12,795 bases of DNA from a bacterium (GTDB taxonomy: Bacteria; Arandabacterota; Arandabacteria; Arandabacterales; JALGWA01): assembly GCA_050125095.1 (NCBI GenBank), contig JASFEA010000091.1, positions 1 through 12,795 of the forward strand, written 5' to 3'. Positions within the stretch are counted from its first letter, which is position 1; each line of letters opens with the position of its first letter. Under the pieces are notes generated by a model that ran no database searches, was not told where the DNA came from, and saw only the letters and a list, made by a program, of their open reading frames with translations. The position numbers and the translations under genes are program-made. Shown one piece after another: positions 6,700-12,795 of this stretch.

Positions 6700-7998
6700 T
6701 CAGCTCTGCTGCACCCAGTCGAAGGCGCGCACGCCTATCGAGAAAAACACGACGCCCACACCTATAAGTACGCCGCATGGGAGCAGCATCTCGGAGAAGG
6801 AGAACTGCCTCCAGACTGCGCCCTCCAGAGCGAGGATAGACCACTTGACCGGGCTCACGTGGCTCGCCGTTCTCATCCAGGACGGCATGACGAATAGGGG
6901 GATCATGCCTCCGCCCAGCATGGACATGACTATAAGCACGGCCCAGCCTATGCCGCCCGCGGCCTGTTCGGTCTTGCCGAGAACCGATAGCAGCATCATG
7001 ATGCCCGCGAATGCGACGGCTGAAGAGATGACGGCGAACATCACCATGGCGATCGACGAGGGCCTCAGCCCGAACAGAAGCCATCCCACGACAAGCAGAA
7101 TGAGGGAGAGCGTCACCGTGGTCGCAAGGCAGGCAGTGGCCTTGCCCGCGAGAATTGTCGTCCGGCTTATGGGCGCAGTCTGCAGCCTGACCAGCGTCCC
7201 CCGCGTGCGCTCGGTGACGAGCGAGATGCCGAAGCCGGCGGCGACTCCTATGAGTCCCCAGGCGATGCCCTGCGGGAAGGAAATTGCGTAAGCGTTGGTG
7301 GGCCCGCGGCGTTCAACCGTGATCTCGGCATGCTCGACTTCAAGCGGCGTGAAGCCTTCGAGTCCGCCCGAGGCCACATATGAGGTGTCGGCCTGCCGAA
7401 GGTCTTGCTGTTCGCCCAAGAAATCTTCGAGGGCTGCGAAGAAGTCCACGAAATGCTCCCGCACCGCAGGATCCATATCCTCAGAGGCGCTGATGGCGTC
7501 TCGCGCCTCCGCGATGTTCTGCTGCTGCCCGCTACTGTTTGCGAAGAAGTCCTGCAGCCTCTCGGAAGCGTACTTCACGAGTATGCCTTCCACCATACCG
7601 GCCTCCGCGTGGCGTGCCGGGTCGGTCCCCAGCTCCACGGTGGGAGGCTCGCCCCAGAACGGATTCTGGCTGGCGCTCCCGAAACCGGGCTTCAGCACAA
7701 CGAATGAGGTCTTCTTGCCTCTTCGGACCAGGTCCACGGCCTCTTCGCGCGTCCCCGGCATTACGTCGAGCTCGGAGGCCTCCTCGAGCCGGGCCACGAA
7801 TGCCCTGGATGCCTCAGTGCCGTCCTCGTCGACTATCACGATCGGGATTGCGCTGCTGCGGCCCTCACCGCCGCCTCCGAATATGGTGCCGAAGAAGATG
7901 GCGATGATAAGCGGCCACATGAGGGAGAAGAAAAAACCGGTCTTGTCCCTCATGAGTATCCTCAGGTCTTTTCCGGCTAGCGCGAATATGCTGTTCAT
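6700..7998 (-). CDS. ABC-2 type exporter permease
   Basis: Likely start is ATG 7998 (MNSIFALAGKDLRILMRDK), overlapping the ATPase stop (TGATG) with GAGGG upstream. One N-terminal TM helix, a large extracytoplasmic loop (IVIVDED), ERTRGTLVRL..AP...ILAGK, further TM helices and GGMIPLFVMPSW. Confidence 0.93.
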   Translation of the reverse strand: MNSIFALAGKDLRILMRDKTGFFFSLMWPLIIAIFFGTIFGGGGEGRSSAIPIVIVDEDGTEASRAFVARLEEASELDVMPGTREEAVDLVRRGKKTSFVVLKPGFGSASQNPFWGEPPTVELGTDPARHAEAGMVEGILVKYASERLQDFFANSSGQQQNIAEARDAISASEDMDPAVREHFVDFFAALEDFLGEQQDLRQADTSYVASGGLEGFTPLEVEHAEITVERRGPTNAYAISFPQGIAWGLIGVAAGFGISLVTERTRGTLVRLQTAPISRTTILAGKATACLATTVTLSLILLVVGWLLFGLRPSSIAMVMFAVISSAVAFAGIMMLLSVLGKTEQAAGGIGWAVLIVMSMLGGGMIPLFVMPSWMRTASHVSPVKWSILALEGAVWRQFSFSEMLLPCGVLIGVGVVFFSIGVRAFDWVQQS

Positions 7999-8846
7999 CA
8001 ATTGTCCCTCAAGTGCCGGCCGGTGAGATTGAGGAAGACGCACTCCAGGTCGGGAGAATCGACCTTGAAACTCACTACGTTACCGGCTTCGTGTATCTTA
8101 AGAAGCTCATTCATGGGGTCGGCTGACTCAAGGCGCTCTTCGCCCCTGCCGCGATCGACGTAGATTACGCTGAGGCCTCCATGGGCCCCGATAAGTCCCT
8201 CGACGGTGTCCATTGCGAGGAGTCTGCCGTGATCGATAATGCCCACCCGGTCGCAGAGCCGCTGCGCTTCTTCCATGTAATGGGTGGTGTAGACCACGGT
8301 GCGGCCCTCATCCCTTAAGGTTGCGATGCGCTCGAATATGGCATTGCGGGACTGCGGATCGACGCCCACGGTCGGTTCGTCCAGCAAGAGAAGGTCCGGG
8401 TCATGCACAAGAGCAACCGCGAGGTTGAGCCGGCGCTTCATGCCTCCCGAGTAAGTCTTGACCCGGTCCCTGGCCCTCTCGGCGAGGTCCACAAACTCCA
8501 GCACCCATGTGACGCGCTGCTTGAGGTGCTTCCCCTTAAGGCCCTGCAGCGTGCCGAAGAACCTCAAGTTCTCCTCGCCCGAGAGATCTTCGTAAATCGC
8601 CAGGGCCTGCGGCGCCACGCCGATCTTGGAGCGCACCTCGAAGTCGGTGGGGGGGCCGCCGCCGCGAAGGCTCACCGACCCGCTGTCCGGCCTGAGGAGG
8701 CCGACGGCCATATTGATCGTGGTCGTTTTGCCGGCGCCGTTGGGTCCCAGGAGGCCGAATATCTCACCCTCACGAATCTCCAGGGTGAGATCGTCCACGG
8801 CGTGTATGTTCCCGAAGGACTTCTTGAGATCCTTAAGCTCCAGCAT
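7998..8846 (-). CDS. ABC exporter ATP-binding protein (DrrA/LnrL-like)
   Basis: Walker A GPNGAGKTT, Q-loop APQ, signature YSGGMKRR, Walker B LLLLDEPTVGVD, H-loop TTHYMEE and C-terminal LE.VFLNLTGR.LRD. Start is ATG 8846 or CTG 8861; the TTG at 8918 is unlikely. Confidence 0.95.
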   Translation of the reverse strand: MLELKDLKKSFGNIHAVDDLTLEIREGEIFGLLGPNGAGKTTTINMAVGLLRPDSGSVSLRGGGPPTDFEVRSKIGVAPQALAIYEDLSGEENLRFFGTLQGLKGKHLKQRVTWVLEFVDLAERARDRVKTYSGGMKRRLNLAVALVHDPDLLLLDEPTVGVDPQSRNAIFERIATLRDEGRTVVYTTHYMEEAQRLCDRVGIIDHGRLLAMDTVEGLIGAHGGLSVIYVDRGRGEERLESADPMNELLKIHEAGNVVSFKVDSPDLECVFLNLTGRHLRDN

Positions 8847-8923
8847 TATCTGCCCGGCCAGTTTGTTTTCCTCCCGGCTGAAGCGTACCGCGAAAGAAAA
8901 GTGGAATAAGGGTTTCAAGGGGG

Positions 8924-8952
8924 ATTATAGAGAAAGGGCTTTCCGCCAACAA
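8924..8952 (-). promoter_or_regulatory. sigma70 promoter for the ABC operon
   Basis: Minus strand TTGTTG (8952-8947), 17-nt spacer, TATAAT (8929-8924), directly downstream of the terminator. Confidence 0.65.
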
Positions 8953-8954
8953 GC

Positions 8955-8988
8955 AAAAAGGGGCGGCGCCACAGGAGACGCCGCCCCT
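8955..8988 (-). terminator. Rho-independent terminator of the 790-aa C25 gene
   Basis: Minus strand GGGGCGGCGTC-TCCTGT-GGCGCCGCCCC-TTTTT, starting about 19 nt after the stop at 9007. Confidence 0.88.
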
Positions 8989-9006
8989 CTCGGGAACATA
9001 GCCGGA

Positions 9007-11379
9007 TTATCTTAAGACAACGAACTTCTTAACCTCATACTCGCGGCCGGCCGAGAGTCTCGCGAAGTAAATACCCGGTCGCATTCCATCGCCGCCCGGG
9101 AGGCGCCCGTTCCACCTAACGCTGCCCGAGAGGCTCTCCGAGTCGAGGCTCACCGAACCAACCAGCCTTCCGGTTACATCGAACACCTCGAGCACAGCGT
9201 CGGCTGAAGCCTCCGCTCCGGGAAGGGAATAGAGGAAGGCGGCGCTGCCCTTGACCGGATTGGGCGTCACTGCGAGTGAGAGCACTCGCGGGACGGTGCC
9301 GTCTGTGCTGACGCCGGCCAGCGGGTCTCCCACCCAGATCGAGCCGGCATAGGGCAGGAAGCCCTGGTCGGTCGCCGTGACCCTGATCTCCCCCGAGTCG
9401 GTCACGCTGAACGTGAACTCGGCGTCACCCGACATGTCCGTCGTCTCAACCTGGTAGACCTCATCGTCCTTCCAGAGGCAGACGGTGGCTCCGTCCAGAG
9501 GCGATCCCCCGTCCATCACGTTCACGGCGATCATGTGGCTGCCGGGCTGCAGCGAATCCGGATGGCTCACGGTCATGGTCTGGGGCGTATCGAGCCAGAT
9601 CTGCATCTCGGGATCGCCGAAGAGGTTCATGGCGAACTGCGTCCACCTGTTGGTCCCGAGGCCGCCCGAGTAGGGGATGCGCGCTATTTTATGCTGCGCG
9701 AACGCGGTGCCGAGCTGGTAGTAGCCGCCGAAAACCGCCTCCCAGAACTCGCGCTCGTACCTGTCGCCGGTGCCGTAGCCGGGGCTGCCGCTCGCGTACC
9801 ATCCATTCCGCGAGTTGCCGACGAAGAAGCCGCCGCCGCTGTCCGCCTCGGTGAAAGACTTGGCGAAGCAGCCCGTGATATTGTCGAACGCTCCGGGCAG
9901 ACATGCCAGCGTGTACCAGACACTGTATCGCGGCGCGTTCGTGAGCGATGCCATATTGTCTGTATTCAGTGCTCCCCCGTCCCCGATGGACAGAATGGTG
10001 ATGTTGCCGTGCCCCGCGTGATTGATGAGTCCCTGGCCGGCATTGAGCGCAGCCATCGCCGCCGCATGCGTCAGCGAACCGTCGTCCTGATAGAGCTTGA
10101 GTATGGGGTCGAACCTCGATGGCACCGACTCGTTGTCCACCATGTTCTTCAAGACCGCCATATTAGTGTAGGCGTCGACATACTCGGCCATGAAGAGGAA
10201 ATCGAGCTGATAGTCGGTGGGCAGGGCGCGATAGCCCTCGTAGGTCATTATCTTCTCCGCTATGAGGGCCGACTTGATGCCGGTGTTGCCCGTGCTGCGG
10301 CCCACATAGACGTCCGGGTAGAGGTCCACGTCGTCGGATACCTCGCCCCAGTACGCGTCATTGTCGTCGTTCCAGTCGCCGTCCATATCGGCGAAGTAAA
10401 GGTCACATGGTATCTCCGGGTCGGGCGTACTCACTTCGCCGAAACAGCCGCGGATCATGGCTTTGGGCGCGGTCATGGTCATGAGCACCCAGGCCGTGCT
10501 CTCGTTGAGGTAATAGTCCTTGATGCACTCTCTCATGCTCTCCTGGTTGTCCCTCGCCGGGTAATTGGCGTACGCGTCGGTCACGGTCACGATCTCGGCC
10601 GGCACGCCCTTCCTGGTCTTCCACTCCCTCAGGGCCTCGAACTCGTCCACGTGGTTCTCATGACACAGAATGAGATACTCCACGGCCGCAGACGGGTCCA
10701 ACGTGCCGCCGCCGCTCCCGAAGTCATTAAGGAGATCGCCTGGATTCTCGACGATAGCGCTCACGTGAGCGTTTCTCATGTCTCTCACCCTCGCAGTCTC
10801 CCTGGGGACCAGCGGCTCTTCAGCCGCGTCCTCAAGTTCGATCTCGAAGGTGATCTCCTCGTTGAGAACGACCGTTCCCTCTGAAGGCACATACTGAAGC
10901 GGGTAGATATCGAGCGCCAGTATCTTCCTTCCCGCCATACTCCCTGAATGCACAGCTCTTACAGGTGCGGGAGGGTAGGGCGTGTCCATCGCATACACTT
11001 CTGCATCCGGGGCAACCGGCCGCGCCGGGCCAACAAACGAAAGCGGTATCTCCTCCTGCGCGGGAAGAACCATGTAAGTGCCGCCCAAGTCACGGGCTAC
11101 GGTGCCGAGCACCCTCACGTCCTTTACGGCCTTGCCGCGGGGGATATAAATCGACCTTGACGTCACGGGGAGCATGGGCTTTCCCCATTGCCTCGTTACG
11201 TCGTGATCCCCAAGCGTGATGACGTCATAAGTCTCGCCGAGAAGATGCTGCTCTCCGACCCTGACGTCCGCCTGGCCGTTCCTCACCGAGAAGGGCCCGA
11301 GGACTTCGCCTGCATAAGCCCCGGAAACGAACGTTACGCCTAACATGAATAAAAGAGCTGTGATGAGCAAGCCGCGCAT
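9007..11379 (-). CDS. Gingipain-like C25 cysteine peptidase with propeptide, Ig-like domain and T9SS/FlgD-like tail (790 aa)
   Basis: Start ATG 11379 with AAGGAAGG upstream. Signal peptide MRGLLITALLFMLGVTFVSGAYA. Motifs GKPMLP, WKTRKG, CDLYFADMDGDW, PDVYVGR, NHAGHG (His457), LACLPGAFD (Cys493) and NLFGDPEM. Tail TPNP...VFDVTGRLV...WNGR...PGIYFARL...KKFVVLR. Confidence 0.94.
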   Translation of the reverse strand: MRGLLITALLFMLGVTFVSGAYAGEVLGPFSVRNGQADVRVGEQHLLGETYDVITLGDHDVTRQWGKPMLPVTSRSIYIPRGKAVKDVRVLGTVARDLGGTYMVLPAQEEIPLSFVGPARPVAPDAEVYAMDTPYPPAPVRAVHSGSMAGRKILALDIYPLQYVPSEGTVVLNEEITFEIELEDAAEEPLVPRETARVRDMRNAHVSAIVENPGDLLNDFGSGGGTLDPSAAVEYLILCHENHVDEFEALREWKTRKGVPAEIVTVTDAYANYPARDNQESMRECIKDYYLNESTAWVLMTMTAPKAMIRGCFGEVSTPDPEIPCDLYFADMDGDWNDDNDAYWGEVSDDVDLYPDVYVGRSTGNTGIKSALIAEKIMTYEGYRALPTDYQLDFLFMAEYVDAYTNMAVLKNMVDNESVPSRFDPILKLYQDDGSLTHAAAMAALNAGQGLINHAGHGNITILSIGDGGALNTDNMASLTNAPRYSVWYTLACLPGAFDNITGCFAKSFTEADSGGGFFVGNSRNGWYASGSPGYGTGDRYEREFWEAVFGGYYQLGTAFAQHKIARIPYSGGLGTNRWTQFAMNLFGDPEMQIWLDTPQTMTVSHPDSLQPGSHMIAVNVMDGGSPLDGATVCLWKDDEVYQVETTDMSGDAEFTFSVTDSGEIRVTATDQGFLPYAGSIWVGDPLAGVSTDGTVPRVLSLAVTPNPVKGSAAFLYSLPGAEASADAVLEVFDVTGRLVGSVSLDSESLSGSVRWNGRLPGGDGMRPGIYFARLSAGREYEVKKFVVLR

Positions 11380-11435
11380 TCTAAACCTTCCTTTGATTTG
11401 CCGCATCGGGCGCCAATTAACAATATCCAATATAC

Positions 11436-11465
11436 ATTATATCTCAAAAGACCCGGCTGGGTCAA
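11436..11465 (-). promoter_or_regulatory. sigma70 promoter for the 790-aa C25 gene
   Basis: Minus strand TTGACC (11465-11460), 18-nt spacer, TATAAT (11441-11436). Confidence 0.7.
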
Positions 11466-11574
11466 TCACACCGCCTTCTATCCGGCCAGGCCTAATTGTT
11501 ATCACTCCTCCCGTCTGTTTTGATTCGCCGGAGTGCCGGAAGTTTCTCTGGGTTTCTCCGCGGCCAAAATGGTA

Positions 11575-11604
11575 TTGACAAGGGGTGGAGGGGCTGTTTA
11601 GTTT
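11575..11604 (+). promoter_or_regulatory. sigma70 promoter for the tRNA
   Basis: TTGACA (11575-11580), 18-nt spacer, TAGTTT (11599-11604), 23 nt ahead of the tRNA. Confidence 0.6.
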
Positions 11605-11627
11605 ATTCCCTGATAAATCCAATCGGT

Positions 11628-11702
11628 GGCGCCATCGTCTAGGGGTTAGGATAGGTGGTTCTCAGCCATCAGACCGGGGTTCGAATCCCCGTGGCGCTAC
11701 CA
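11628..11702 (+). tRNA. tRNA-Glu (anticodon CTC)
   Basis: 75 nt. Acceptor stem GGCGCCA/TGGCGCT, D-arm GTCT..GGAT, anticodon stem GGTGG/CCATC with loop TTCTCAG (CTC at 11661-11663), T-arm CGGGG-TTCGAAT-CCCCG, encoded CCA. Confidence 0.97.
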
Positions 11703-11736
11703 GATTCACATCTCTTGCCCCTGCAGTCCGTGGGCA

Positions 11737-12795
11737 TCAACAGCTCTTTGAGCCAGCGGGCCTGGATACCACGCCCCGGCCGCTCTGGCCGTCGACTTTG
11801 ACAACCACCGGTGATGGCAGCCTCAGGTGCCGGAGATGCTTCTTGTCCCGAACCGCGGGCAGCGCGAGGATCTCATCCCAGTTGATGAACGCGTCCGTGG
11901 AGTCGTGGGGGACTGTAAGGTACATGATGCCCAGCGATGTCATATTATGGAAGAAGTGCGAACCCTGCGAGGGCGTCACCTGGAAGCCCTCCATGGTCGT
12001 CTCCACAATCGTCCTGGCCCAGGATATCTGGCCCCACTGCACGGGTATCCCCGCGAACCTGTCCCGCGTGCCCCAGCGCCCGGGGCCGATAAGGATGTAG
12101 GGGACACCGTCCAGGCTCTTGTTCATGTCGCTGACCTCCGCGGCTATCTCGATAGTCCTCGTGGCGTCGAATTTGTCGGGGCGCACCAGCACGATGTCGC
12201 ATATTCCCTCAAGGGCGCCGTTCCCGAGTGCGGTGTCGGTTAAGATGAGTGCGCCTTCAGTATCGGCCTGCTCGATCATGACCTGCTGGCGCTCTCTTAA
12301 GGTAACGAAGGGGCGGATCTGGAGCACATAGAACTCGGGGCTCCCGTCGGCGGCCACGGTGCCCGCGAACTCGATCTCAACCGGCCGCCCCATTCCCTGC
12401 GCCCCCACTGCCAGTAGCTCCTCCACTATCGAACCGAATGGGAGCATGCCGTACTTGCGGATCCCGGCGAAGGTGATTACCCTTGGGCCGCGTGCCCCTG
12501 TGCCGTCCCTTAGCCTGCCGTCAGCCGCGTCATAGGTGCTGGCAACGTACTTGAGCGTCCCGTCTCCTTCGGCTTCGGCGACGTCCAGAGTCATAAGCGT
12601 TGCTTCTTCACCTTCCGTCAAATCGAAGTCCTGATTCTCAAGATCGAGCGAGAAGAAATAGGTCTGGGTGTTGCCGACTATCTCATCCGGCGTCGAGAGC
12701 CCGGGCAGCACGTCCGGATGAGCGGGGGCGAAGCTTAAGACCTGGCCGCCGTCCACGACGATCCTGCCGAGTCCGAGCGCGACGCATACTATGCC
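11737..12795 (-). CDS. PEP/pyruvate-binding domain (PPDK_N / PEP synthase-like) protein, 5' part outside the window
   Basis: The frame is open to 12795 (GIVCVALGLGRIVVDGG). Motifs MGRPVEIEFA, FYVLQIRP, YILIGPGRWG..D...GIPV.W.QIS and PSQGSHFFHNMTS. Confidence 0.88.
   Translation of the reverse strand, partial: GIVCVALGLGRIVVDGGQVLSFAPAHPDVLPGLSTPDEIVGNTQTYFFSLDLENQDFDLTEGEEATLMTLDVAEAEGDGTLKYVASTYDAADGRLRDGTGARGPRVITFAGIRKYGMLPFGSIVEELLAVGAQGMGRPVEIEFAGTVAADGSPEFYVLQIRPFVTLRERQQVMIEQADTEGALILTDTALGNGALEGICDIVLVRPDKFDATRTIEIAAEVSDMNKSLDGVPYILIGPGRWGTRDRFAGIPVQWGQISWARTIVETTMEGFQVTPSQGSHFFHNMTSLGIMYLTVPHDSTDAFINWDEILALPAVRDKKHLRHLRLPSPVVVKVDGQSGRGVVSRPAGSKSC

Noticed and set aside
8938..8947. 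GCTTTCCGCC matches the reverse complement of 1081-1090
   Set aside because: A single 10-bp match with no shared context, consistent with chance.
9535..10884. 449-aa plus-strand ORF, and similar ORFs at 2926-3555, 4714-5214, 6845-7291, 7295-8026 and 8403-8909
   Set aside because: These are antisense shadows of the C25 and ABC genes with biased composition and no domain signatures.
11380..11430. Upstream TTG start for the second C25 gene, and likewise 8043 for the permease and 8918 for the ATPase
   Set aside because: The downstream starts have better SD sequences and give proper N-termini (signal peptide, or translational coupling). The upstream TTGs at 11430 and 8918 sit at the predicted transcription starts.
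11585..12100. 171-aa plus-strand ORF
   Set aside because: It runs through the tRNA and antisense to the PPDK_N-type gene.
1..12795. CRISPR array, transposase, integrase or prophage genes
   Set aside because: No regularly spaced repeats or recombinase/transposase motifs were seen.

Overview
GC-rich bacterial chromosomal window. Two proteins carry T9SS/FlgD-like C-terminal tails, which suggests an FCB-group organism (inference). Left to right: (1) a BlaI/MecI/CopY-family repressor gene (minus strand, runs off the left edge, absent from the ORF track) with a near-consensus sigma70 promoter overlapped by two BlaI-type operator boxes; (2) a divergent msrA with a signal-like N-terminal extension; (3) a highly structured 222-bp spacer containing a ~27-bp G.U-polarised hairpin and an anti-Shine-Dalgarno stem; (4) a secreted beta-lactamase-fold (SxxK) serine hydrolase; (5) a minus-strand block of two gingipain-like C25 cysteine peptidases with T9SS-like tails flanking an ABC-2 exporter (ATPase + permease), each unit with its own apparent promoter; (6) tRNA-Glu(CUC); (7) the 3' part of a PEP/pyruvate-binding (PPDK_N-type) gene. 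No CRISPR array, transposase or integrase was seen. The best candidates for undescribed biology are the structured RNA leader ahead of the hydrolase, the BlaI-msrA-hydrolase module and the C25-ABC-C25 arrangement.
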